A DNA stretch of 64,000 nucleotides from Macrostomum hystrix. Taxonomy: Eukaryota > Animalia > Platyhelminthes. A model generated the notes under the pieces. That model had not been told where the DNA came from. It ran no database searches and worked only from the letters and a program-made list of their open reading frames with translations. A program made the position numbers and the translations under genes. How positions within the stretch are numbered: position 1 is the stretch's first letter; each line of letters starts with the position of its first letter. Below, in pieces: positions 11,483 through 22,700 of this stretch. Location of the stretch: assembly GCA_950097015.1 (NCBI GenBank), contig CATNEN010000007.1, forward strand, positions 11,036,001 to 11,100,000. The letters are read 5' to 3'.

Positions 11483-14400
11483 TCAACCCGGCACATATCG
11501 ATCAACCGGCATCCGCCTCCGCACCGGGTAGCGCCTCTGGGGCAGCTCGTCCGCAGCGTCTCCGCCGCCGTGCAGCTCGTGCGCGAAGGGCGGCTGCTCG
11601 AAACTCTCGACGTCGGGTGCCGGCAGGAACAGCGGCCGAAGGCGGTTTACGTTCACTCTGCGCGTCTTGCCATTCTTGCCGATCTCGACCACCAGATTGC
11701 GCTGGGACAGCACCCGCCAGCCGGGGTCCCAGTACGGCGCCAGCTTGGAGCCCCTCAGCTCGATGCGCAACAGCACCTCGTCGCCCTGGCCGAATCTGCG
11801 CAGCTGCCCGGCTGACCTGTTGTAGTCGCTCTGCTGCTCGCCAGCCGCCTGCACCAGGTGCTCCTCGACAAACTCTCGAATGCGCAGCAGGTCGGCCTCC
11901 AGCTTGTCTGCGTAGGTCCGCACGTCGTAGAACCGCCTGGGCTGCTGGCTGAGGACTGGCAGACAAGGGTCACGCCCGGTGAAGACCTTCAGCGGTGGCA
12001 GTCGCGTTGAGCAGTGCACTCGCGAGTTGTAGGACAGCAGGATCAGCGGCAGCTTGTCCTCCCACTCGCTCTCTCGCTCGGTGAAGCACCTGAGTAGTTG
12101 CAGCACGGACTTGTTTCCCGACTCGGCCAGTCCGTTTCCTTTCGGATTGTACGCTGTGGTTCTTGTCTTGGTGACTCCCAGACCGCACAGAGTGTCTTGA
12201 AAGAGCTGGCTCTCGAAATTCGGGCCTTGGTCCTAGTGGATGACTCGAGGCAGTCCAGCCTGGGAGCAGATTGAAAGGAAGGCGCGAGCCGTAGTCTGGG
12301 CCGTCTGGTCCGGTAACGCCACAGCCGTCAGGTACTTGGAAAATTGGTCCTGAGCTACCAGCAGGTAATGGTTGCCGCGTGATGATGGTGCCACCTTGAC
12401 GATGTCGATGGCCACCGAGTCCCATGGCGATCCGATAGGCAGCTCTCCGAGTGGCGCCTTGGGCTGCGAACCTGCCTTCTTCTCCTGGCAGACGGCGCAG
12501 CTCTGGCAGTGCTGCAGGACATCCTCAGCCATGCCCGGCCAGTAGGCAGTCAGCTTGAGCGTGCGGTAGCATTTCCCGGCACCGAAGTGGCCTCCCAGAC
12601 CTTCGTGAGCGTCTGCTAGGAACTGGTGTCGTAGAAATGCCGGCACCACTGGAACTTCCCTCAGTCCGTCCAGGTCGTTGAACTTGCGGGAGAGAACTCC
12701 GTCATCATTCAGCTTCAGCTTCCTCCAGATTCTGCTCAGCTGCTGCAGCGGTTCTGACCGCCATCTTGGAGGCACGTCTGGCTCGTTGACGATCGCTTGA
12801 ATCACCTGACTAAGCTCTGGATCTTGCCGCTGAGCAGTTTTGAGCTCCTCCGAGCCGATTTCTGCTGTCAGTTGAGTCGCTGCAATTTCCGGGGCGTGCA
12901 GCCTGGACAGCGCGTCGGCATCAGAATTCTCCACACCTCTGCGGTACTTGACGGTGAAGTCGAACTCTTGGAGCAGCAGCCGCCAGCGACCCAGCCTACC
13001 ATAGCTATCGATTCTCTGAGAATCGATGTAGGTGAGCGGGCAGTGATCCGTGTGCACCGTGAAATGCTTGCCGAGCAAGTAGTGCCGGAAGACTTTGAAA
13101 GCGTGCAGGATGGCCAGACACTCCTTCTCTGTTGCCGAGTACTTCTTCTCCGCCGAGTTGAACGCCCTGCTCGAAAACTCGATCACTGCATCGCCTTGCT
13201 TCAGGATTGCACGGACCCCACTGCCGCTGGCATCTGTGAAGACAGCGAACTCCTTGGAAAAGTCCGGGTTCACCAGGATCGGAGGACTCATCAGGCAGAT
13301 CTTGAGCTCGTCGAAGGCAGCTTGGCACTCTGCAGTCCACTCAAACGCCACGCCCTTGCCAGTCAGGTGGTGAAGTGGTGCAGCGATGGCAGCGAAGTTG
13401 GCGACATGGCGGCGGTACTGGTTGCACAGGCCGATGAACTGGCGGATCTCCTTGACTGACCTCGGCTCCTTCCACTGCTGAATCGCCTCCAGCTTCTCTT
13501 TGCTTGGCTGAGCTCCCTCCTTTGAATAGCGCATGCCGAGGAAAGTCACTTCAGGCACTGCGATCTTGCACTTGGAGCCTCTCAGTGTCAGCCCGGCTGC
13601 TCTGACTCGCTGAAGTGCCTCTCGCAGTTGCAGCAAATGCTCCTTCCTGGTCTTTGAGAAGCACAGGCTGTCATCGAAAAACGTGAAGACGAAGTCACAG
13701 CCATTGAAAACTTTGGACATAAGCATGCAGAACGTGCTGGGGCCACCTGACAGGCCTTGAGGCATTCTCTTAAATTGGTATAGCGGCATCCCTGGTCCAG
13801 GGCTAAAGGCCGTCTTCTGTCTGTCTTCTTCAGCCAGAGGGATCTGGAAGTAACCTCCATTGAGATCCAGCACTGAGAACACCGTGCTGCCCGCGATTCG
13901 ATCTCGTGCCTCCTCCATTAGCGGAATTCCCTGCGCCGACCGAATCGTCTTCTTGTTGAGCTCTCTGTAGTCGATGGTCAGCCGCAGGCTGCCGTCCTTC
14001 TTGGTCACGTACACCGGTGGAGCCACGTACGGACTCTCGCTCAGTTCGATCACGTCGTTCTCCAGCAGCTCCTGAATCAGCAGCTCCGCCTTCTCCCGGT
14101 AGTGCACGGGCATTCGGCGCGGTGGGACACGAACTGGCACCTCATCAGCGAGAACAATTCGATGCTGCTGGAGATGCGTAAGTCCCGGCTTCTTCTTGAA
14201 CACGTCCTTGAACTCCATCAGCAGTCGCTGAACTTCGGGGTCATCGGTGGTTGGCAGCTCGAAATCCACGCAGCTGAACTCGGGCACGAGAGCATCCTCG
14301 ATGTCAACTTGGTCGTCCGTCTCACTCTGGAACCTTGCACTGCAGATACGACCAGCAGCTGCAGGGTTGGCCTTGAAGTCCAGCTGCAAACGGTGCTTGC

Positions 14401-14812
14401 CGATGAAGTCGATCCCGACGATGACAGGACAAACCAAATCGGGCACCACGTAGAACAAATGCAGCGCTGTCACTTTCCCGACTGTGAGCGGCAACTCGAT
14501 CTGCCACTCGATGCTGATTGGCTGCTTGTTCACCGAGTGCAGCTGCACTCCGGCTGAAGTTGCGCGGCTGAGCTGCGATTTCGTCAGAATGCTGGAGTCG
14601 ACTAGTGAGCACTGGCTGCCGGTGTCTAAAAGCGCCTTCACACTTCTGCCATCAAGCTTGCACTCACACTGCGAAAGTCGGTCGGGCGTAACGCTGCATC
14701 CACTGAAGACCCCGCCGACTGCGAGCGCTGGCCCCGGAGCCTGCGCTGGTGAACCCGCAGTTACTGCTGGCCGAGGTGGCGGGCCCGCCCACCCCAGCCT
14801 CTGGCGTTTCCC
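11483..14812 (-). pseudogene. pol: Gypsy pol (protease-RT-RNaseH-integrase), -1 frame to gag, one in-frame TAG at 12233-12235
   Basis: Protease LLDTGS. RT motifs LRLTIDYRELN, LDLNGGYFQI, MPQGL and FFDD. RNase H TDASG...YSATEKE...TDH. Integrase H-H-C-C zinc finger and core AIDI...IH*DQG...NGLAE. ORFs 12233-14641 and 11483-12106 share one frame, separated only by the TAG. Confidence 0.93.
14750..14812 (-). promoter_or_regulatory. -1 ribosomal frameshift signal: slippery GGGAAAC plus downstream stem/pseudoknot
   Basis: GGGAAAC at 14812-14806, 6-nt spacer, then an 11-bp stem GGCTGGGGTGG/CCACCTCGGCC. The pol frame is open from here to the protease motif. Confidence 0.8.
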
Positions 14813-15543
14813 GACTGCTGCCGCCGGCTGTAGCAGTCCTTGGCGATGTGGCCGGTTTTGTGGCAGTTGTAGCAGACGATATCGGATCTCGGTCGGTGTG
14901 GCCTTGCTGTGCTTCTCACTCCACAGGCTGCCAGCTGCTCCAGCTGGGTGCTCAATGTACTCACTGAGGCCTGCAGTCTCTGCACTGTGTCCCGCAGCTC
15001 CTGAACTTCGCTGGACTGGCTCTGCCGAGGCTGTACCGCAGCTGCTTGCGTTGCTGCTGGATTGTGCTGCATCAGTAGCTGAGCCTTTTCCAGCGCTTGC
15101 ACTGAGGTCTTGATGTTGGTGTCTGCTCGAATCAGCCAGCCCACGGAGTCTGGCAGGCCACAGATGAACTGATGAAACAGCAGGGCTTCTCGAGCATCCA
15201 CATCGACCACGGCAGAGCTCTGCAGCAGTTTCTTCAACTCGTACAGGTACATGCGTGGAGTCTCACTTGCCAAAATTCTCCTCGCCTTGAACGCCTCCAT
15301 GACGGCGAAGTGCTCTCGGTCCGGGTGGAAAGCATTCTCCAGTGCTCCAGTAACTTTGCCGAATTCTGCCTGATCGGCTGCAGACAGTTCGAAATAGACG
15401 ACAAGGGCCTCGCCGTCTAGAAAAGTTGCCTTGCAAGCGTCCCACTTGTTCACTTTGGCACAAACTTCAAAACGCTGCAGCCATTCTTTAAAGTTGCCTG
15501 CACTGAATACTCTGGGCAGCGCTGCACCAGCTTTCTCAGCCAT
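14761..15543 (-). CDS. gag: Gypsy Gag with CCHC zinc knuckle
   Basis: ATG at 15543, just after the PBS. Capsid-like WLQRFEVCA...FICGLP and zinc knuckle CYNCHKTGHIAKDC. Confidence 0.92.
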   Translation of the reverse strand: MAEKAGAALPRVFSAGNFKEWLQRFEVCAKVNKWDACKATFLDGEALVVYFELSAADQAEFGKVTGALENAFHPDREHFAVMEAFKARRILASETPRMYLYELKKLLQSSAVVDVDAREALLFHQFICGLPDSVGWLIRADTNIKTSVQALEKAQLLMQHNPAATQAAAVQPRQSQSSEVQELRDTVQRLQASVSTLSTQLEQLAACGVRSTARPHRPRSDIVCYNCHKTGHIAKDCYSRRQQSGNARGWGGRARHLGQQ

Positions 15544-15551
15544 TGTGGAAA

Positions 15552-15566
15552 CCACGCTCTGCTACC
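15552..15566 (-). promoter_or_regulatory. Primer-binding site complementary to the 3' end of initiator tRNA-Met
   Basis: Minus strand TGGTAGCAGAG(CGTGG) immediately downstream of the 5' LTR. Eukaryotic tRNAi-Met ends ...CUCUGCUACCA. Confidence 0.85.
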
Positions 15567-15569
15567 ACT

Positions 15570-15760
15570 TGTGGACTAAGGCAGAGAGACTGCGACTTAG
15601 AGTTGACGAAGCTTTACAGCGATTTATTTATTGACTCACGAGTTAAATAGCAATCAGTGCCAAGGTGTAAAAGTGAGAGAGAAAGGCATGCACGCGGTTG
15701 ATGTACATTAGACACACAGAGAAGTGAACGCATATGTACGATGCATTGCCACACACTACA
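15570..15760 (-). repeat. 5' LTR of Gypsy element
   Basis: 191 bp, TGTAGTGTG...GTCCACA in element orientation. Confidence 0.95.
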
Positions 15761-16695
15761 GTAGGACACAGCTGGCTATTGTAGGACACAGCTGGCTATT
15801 GTAGGACACAGCTGGGTATTGTAGGACACAGCTGGCTATTGTAGGACACAGCTGGCTATTGTAGGACACAGCTGAGTATTGTAGGACACAGCTGGCTATT
15901 GTAGGACACAGCTGGGCATTGTTGGATACAGCTGGGTGTTGTAGGACACAGCTGGGTATTGTAGGACACAGCTGGGTATTGTAGGACACAGCTGGGCATT
16001 GTAGGACACAGCTGGGTATTGTAGGACACAGCTGGGTGTTGTAGGACACAGCTGGGTATTGTAGGACACAGCTGGGTATTGTAGGACACAGCTGGCTATT
16101 GTAGGACACAGCTGGGTATTGTAGGACACAGCTGGGTATTGTAGGACACAGCTGGCTATTGTAGGACACAGCTGGGCATTGTTGGATACAGCTGGGTGTT
16201 GTAGGACACAGCTGGGTATTGTAGGACACAGCTGGCTATTGTAGGACACAGCTGGGTGCTGTAGGACACAGCTGGCTATTGTAGGACACAGCTGGGTATT
16301 GGAGGACACAGCTGGGTATTGTAGGACACAGCTGGGTGTTGTAGGACACAGCTGGGTATTGGAGGACACAGCTGGGTATTGTAGGACACAGCTGGCTATT
16401 GTAGGACACAGCTGGGCATTGTTGGATACAGCTGGGTGTTGTAGGACACAGCTGGGTATTGTAGGACACAGCTGGCTATTGTAGGACACAGCTGGGCATT
16501 GTAGGACACAGCTGGGTATTGTAGGACACAGCTGGGTGTTGTAGGACACAGCTGGGTATTGTAGGACACAGCTGGCTATTGTAGGACACAGCTGGCTATT
16601 GTAGGACACAGCTGGCTATTGTAGGACACAGCTGGGTATTGTAGGACACAGCTGGGTATTGTAGGACACAGCTGGGTATTGGAGGACACAGCTGG
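15761..16695. repeat. 20-bp minisatellite, right part, ~47 copies
   Basis: Same unit as 10593-11150. Resumes in register after the TSD. Confidence 0.97.
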
Positions 16696-17067
16696 TTCAT
16701 CGTAATGGGGGGAATTAAGATATAAATGGTGGACATCATAAAAATCGGTCATGCGTTTTGGGAGCAATCGTAAATTAGGCAGTGGGAATTTGAAATGCCG
16801 CTATGTTGCTTCCACAAAGGGGAAATAGCATGGTATTCTTCTATACTTCCTTCTAATATACTAAAAGTCCTACATTTGTTGGTATGTGGATGGCGCATTT
16901 GGTAGTGAATCGTGTTTTTTTCTAAACCTGCAAGATTCTTCAAGGATTGTACCTAAAAAATTCCAATATTTGCTTCTATGCTAAGTGGATTAAATATCAT
17001 GAGAAAAATAACTTCTCCTAATGCTTTCGATGGGCCATCGAATTCGTCGCTGATTGAGTTGGCAAAT

Positions 17068-18031
17068 TCATAAAGATTAGATCATCATAACGATTAGATC
17101 ATCATAAAGATTAGATCATCATAAAGATTAGATCATCATAGCGATTAGATCATCATAAAGATTAGATCATCATAAAGATTAGATCATCATAAAGATTTGA
17201 TCATCATAACGATTAGATCATCATAAAGATTAGATCATAAAGATTAGATCATCATAAAGATTAGATCATCATAACGATTAGATCATCATAAAGATTAGAT
17301 CATCATAAAGATTAGATCATCATAACGATTAGATCATCATAAAGATTAGATCATCATAAAGATTAGATCATCATAAAGATTAGATCATCATAACGATTAG
17401 ATCATCATAAAGATTAGATCATAAAGATTAGATCATCATAAAGATTAGATCATCATAACGATTAGATCATCATAAAGATTAGATCATAAAGATTAGATCA
17501 TCATAAAGATTAGATCATCATAACGATTAGATCATCATAAAGATTAGATCATCATAAAGATTAGATCATCATAAAGATTAGATCATCATAAAGATTAGAT
17601 CATCATAACGATTAGATCATCATAAAGATTAGATCATCATAAAGATTAGATCATCATAAAGATTTGATCATCATAACGATTAGATCATCATAAAGATTAG
17701 ATCATAAAGATTAGATCATCATAAAGATTAGATCATCATAACGATTAGATCATCATAAAGATTAGATCATCATAAAGATTTGATCATCATAACGATTAGA
17801 TCATCATAAAGATTAGATCATAAAGATTAGATCATCATAAAGATTAGATCATAAAGATTAGATCATCATAAAGATTAGATCATCATAAAGATTAGATCAT
17901 CATAACGATTAGATCATCATAAAGATTTGATCATCATAATGATTAGATCATCATAAAGATTAGATCATCATAAAGATTAGATCATCATAAAGATTAGATC
18001 ATCATAAAGATTAGATCATCATAAAGATTAG
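17068..18031. repeat. 17-bp minisatellite (AGATTAGATCATCATAA) with 14-bp deletion variants
   Basis: Directly visible. Confidence 0.96.
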
Positions 18032-19745
18032 TGAAAATGTGGTTATTGCTAGCCTTAGGCGAAATTGTACACTGTCCAACCCCTCTGCAGAGAGTACGCA
18101 CTGAAGTGGCCATCTTATAACTGTTGTCTCGCTGAATGATTTTTATATATAACTGTTTGTGTGCACTCACAATAAAAGTCGGATAGCCGATTGGTAGGCA
18201 CTAGGACTAGGTTAGGCTAGGATAGGCTAGGAGTCCCCAGCTCGATTCCTCAATCTGGCTGGCAATTATTGATAAATTAAAACCGTGCTGAGTAGCAGCA
18301 TGTGGGAACGTTGATCGTTTGTACATTTGTACAGATTTCATTTATTAGTTCTTTGCAAAAGGGAGACATTCATTACCTGCTGAGGGACTTTGGTCAACAT
18401 CCTTGCGTATAGTAATTTGTGTTAATCTTTCTCAACTGTCCCTGCATGGTGTACTGATTTTTAGTGCTTCTTATTTTCAAATTTAATTCTGAAAATGTGT
18501 TATTGGAAAATAAATTTTCTGCTAAAAGAGGAAATTCTCTGCTAAACGGTTTCTCTGCTATATGGGGGCAATGGTTTCCTGTCAAAGAAAAGGGGCAAAT
18601 GTTTCTTGCTGGGGTTTGGTAGCCTGGTATTATGGAAGTTCTCTTCAGTTTGGGGGATATTGGTTATTTGCTACTGGGACAACATTGGTTCTCTGCTGGG
18701 GGGAGTAGGTTTTGTCTGCCTAGGTTGCCAGCCAAAAGGTGATTATGTTTGGGGCCAACAGGAGTCGTGTTTTAGCTTATTGAGAGGACAAGTGTAATTT
18801 ACATTAAGGGATTGCTTGAATTCTGAAATTCTGCCTGTGCTCCACGGAGAGACGCTAAAGTTGCTTATTTTACTAAACGAGGAAAATAAAAGACATCAGA
18901 CCAAGTTACCTATTGCAGGTAAAAATAAAAATATAATTTTTTTTTGAATTTATTAAACGTACGACTACGTTAAAGGTCATTAAATATAAAATTTCAAAGG
19001 TTTGAACTGGGTCCATTGATAATAGCCCCAATGGACTTAAAATTAGTAATTTTGTCAGGGCTTCAAAGCAAATTCTCATTTCCTCCCTCCGTCTCTCCCA
19101 CAAAGGGGGAATTAATTTGCTAGTTCTGGTCCGTAAGCGTGCACTTTGTGTGCAGCTGGCCACCCCCGTGTCTCGTCCTTTCTGCCCTTTTGTGCGTGCG
19201 CTGCGCCCTCCCCCCTCCGCCTTCGCCCCCACCCCCTCCCTGAGCCGCTTATCTGGCTGCCTCTCTCGCTCCTGTTTGTTCCGCCCGGCAGTCGAGTAAA
19301 ATTATTATATTTTTTGCTGCCTTTCGTTTCCTGCTGCCTGCTCACCCGCGCGCTATTTGATTTGCCGGCCGCACTTCTTTCCTCTTATTCTGGCTCACTC
19401 GTTGCATTGTGTGCTCTTACCTAGTGCCGCTCTAGTGCCGCTAATGCCTTTCTTTTAATTTTAACTTAGTTTTTTTTGCAAATGACGTCACAGTTGTGCT
19501 TTGACAGCCAACCGAAAATAAACCGGCATGGACCCTCGATTTTAAGCATGGGTCCCGATTGGTGCGGCCTCGTCTCGTCTCCACTTGCCGCTTGCTGCTG
19601 CCTTTGCTTGTGAGGTGCGCTAGCCAGGGAATTAATATACTGTTAACACATTCTGAATAAGCTATAAGCAAGCGATTTAAGTACAGTGCAGAAACCCAGC
19701 CCCACACGTCACCAAGCCAGAGCTCACGTGACGGCTCTGCGGCCC

Positions 19746-22700
19746 TCAGAGCTGCCGTAAGCGCCTGACCACGCGGCGCAGCGAGCGAGTTTGCCTGCCG
19801 GAGCTGGCCAACGCCTTCTCCATGTAGCGCCGCTGTCTGCACACGGAGCTGCCAAACTCGGCCAGCGTCAGGCAGCCGTCATTGTTCTCGTCCTTCAGGA
19901 TGATAGGCAAGAGCTGCGGGCGCAAGTTTCCGTGGTAGAACTGGTTGAAGTGGTGGGCGAAGATGACGCTGCTGCCGTAGCGGCTGTACCAGGGGCTGCC
20001 GGCCAGGAAGCCGCGCACCGTGAGCATCTGCCTCTGGCCGAACTCGCTGCGAAAGTCGCCAGGCAGCAGGTTGGACCAGATCTCGGCAGCCTGCGCGTCA
20101 AGGACGTCCTCAAGGCTGGCGCTGCCGTTTGCGTGAGCGAGGCGAGATTGTACTTCTGTGCAATGGCCTGATCTATTTCTGTGTCTCTGCAATGGTCTGA
20201 TCTATTTCTGTGTCTCTGCAATGGCCTGATCTATTTCTGTGTCTCTGCAATGGCCTGATCTATTTCTGTGTCTCTGCAATGACCTGATCTATTTCTGTGT
20301 CTCTGCAATGACCTGATCTATTTCTGTGTCTCTGCAATGGCCTGATCTATTTCTGTGTCTCTGCAATGGCCTGATCTATTTCTGTGTCTCTGCAATGACC
20401 TGATCTATTTCTGTGTCTCTGCAATGGCCTGATCTATTTCTGTGTCTCTGCAATGGCCTGATCTATTTCTGTGTCTCTGCAATGACCTGATCTATTTCTG
20501 TGTCTCTGCAATGGCCTGATCTATTTCTGTGTCTCTGCAATGACCTGATCTATTTCTGTGTCTCTGCAATGACCTGATCTATTTCTGTGTCTCTGCAATG
20601 ACCTGATCTATTTCTGTGTCTCTGCAATGACCTGATCTATTTCTGTGTCTCTGCAATGGCCTGATCTATTTCTGTGTCTCTGCAATGACCTGATCTATTT
20701 CTGTGTCTCTGCAATGGTCTGATCTATTTCTGTGTCTCTGCAATGGCCTGATCTATTTCTGTGTCTCTGCAATGGCCGGATCTATTTCTGTGTCTCTGCA
20801 ATGGCCGGATCTATTTCTGTGTCTCTGCAATGACCTGATCTATTTCTGTGTCTCTGCAATGGCCGATGTAGGACTCCGGTAAATTAACTTCAATAGGTGA
20901 AATGCGCATTTTTAAGAGCCCGCCAGCCCAAATGCTATTCTTAGAAGTCCTCGGGTAGCTGAGCAGCTTTGTGACCCACAGACTCGCTACTCACTGCCGA
21001 ACTGGCCCACGAACCAGTGGGCCGCGTAGTACAGACTGTCCGCCATGACATCCAACGGCAGACGCGCCTCGTTGAACCTCTCGTTGAACCTCACGCAGCC
21101 ACCGGCGCCCAGCCGCAACGGCGCAATTTTGAGGGTGCCGGCGCCGTACAGCTGCTCAAACCGAATCCGCGCCAGCTCGTGCGCCACCCACATGCGCACG
21201 AAAGTGCTCTCCGGGGAGCATTTTCTGCTGAACTCCGCCACGTTGAAGTCTGACTCTAGCAGGTCAATCCTGGCCGCTGACTGTGCCAGGATGAGCGCGG
21301 CTGAAAGGCAATTTTGACAGTAACTGGTGTCTGACTGATTGCAACTGGTGTCTGACTGATTGCAACTGGTGTCTGACTGATTGCAACTGGTGTCTGACTG
21401 ATTGCAACTGGTGTCTGACTGATTGCAACTGGTGTCTGACTGATTGCAACTGGTGTCTGACTGATTGCAACTGGTGTCTGACTGATTGCAACTGGTGTCT
21501 GACTGATTGCAACTGGTGTCTGACTGATTGCAACTGGTGTCTGACTGATTGCAACTGGTGTCTGACTGATTGCAACTGGTGTCTGACTGATTGCAACTGG
21601 TGTCTGACTGATTGCAACTGGTGTCTGACTGATTGCAACTGGTGTCTGACTGATTGCAACTGGTGTCTGACTGACTGCAACTGGTGTCTGACTGATTGCA
21701 ACTGTTGTCTGACTGATTGCAACTGGTGTCTGACTGATTGCAACTGGTGTCTGACTGACGGCAACTGGTGTCTGACTGATTGCAACTGGTGTCTGACTGA
21801 CGGCAACTGGTGTCTGACTGATTGCAACTGGTGTCTGACTGACGGCAACTGGTGTCTGACTGACTGCAACTGGTGTCTGACTGATTGCAACTGGTGTCTG
21901 ACTGATTGCAACTGGTGTCTGACTAATTGCAACTGGTGTCTGACTGATTGCAACTGGTGTCTGACTAATTGCAACTGGTGTCTGACTGATTGCAACTGGT
22001 GTCTGACTGATTGCAACTGGTGTCTGACTGATTGCAACTGGTGTCTGACTGATTGCGACTGGTGTCTGACTGATTGCAACTGGTGTCTGACTGATTGCAA
22101 CTGGTGTCTGACTGATTGCAACTGGTGTCTGACTGATTGCAACTGGTGTCTGACTGATTGCAACTGGTGTCTGACTGATTGCAACTGGTGTCTGACTGAT
22201 TGCAACTGGTGTCTGACTGATTGCAACTGGTGTCTGACTGATTGCAACTGGTGTCTGACTGATTGCAACTGGTGTCTGACTGATTGCAACTGGTGTCTGA
22301 CTGATTGCAACTGGTGTCTGACTGATTGCAACTGGTGTCTGACTGATTGCAACTGGTGTCTGACTGATTGCAACTGGTGTCTGACTGATTGCAACTGGTG
22401 TCTGACTGATTGCAACTGGTGTCTGACTGATTGCAACTGGTGTCTGACTGATTGCAACTGGTGTCTGACTGATTGCAACTGGTGTCTGACTGATTGCAAC
22501 TGGTGTCTGACTGATTGCAACTGGTGTCTGACTGATTGCAACTGGTGTCTGACTGATTGCAACTGGTGTCTGACTGATTGCAACTGGTGTCTGACTGATT
22601 GCAACTGGTGTCTGACTGATTGCAACTGGTGTCTGACTGATTGCAACTGGTGTCTGACTGATTGCAACTGGTGTCTGACTGATTGCAACTGGTGTCTGAC

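Larger units (their letters stand above)
11151..15760 (-). mobile_element. Full-length Ty3/Gypsy LTR retrotransposon (4610 bp)
   Basis: Two 191-bp LTRs with TG...CA ends and 1 mismatch. 4-bp TSD GTAG at 11147-11150 and 15761-15764. PBS TGGTAGCAGAG next to the 5' LTR. Short purine-rich tract GGGAGGA next to the 3' LTR. gag and pol in PR-RT-RH-INT order, no env. Confidence 0.97.

Noticed and set aside
11452-15113. Antisense ORFs over the Gypsy element (and over other GC-rich exons)
   Set aside because: Shadow ORFs caused by GC-rich codon usage; no recognisable motifs.
10341-16767. Cys-rich SYNSQLCPT-type ORFs
   Set aside because: Translations of the 20-bp minisatellite.
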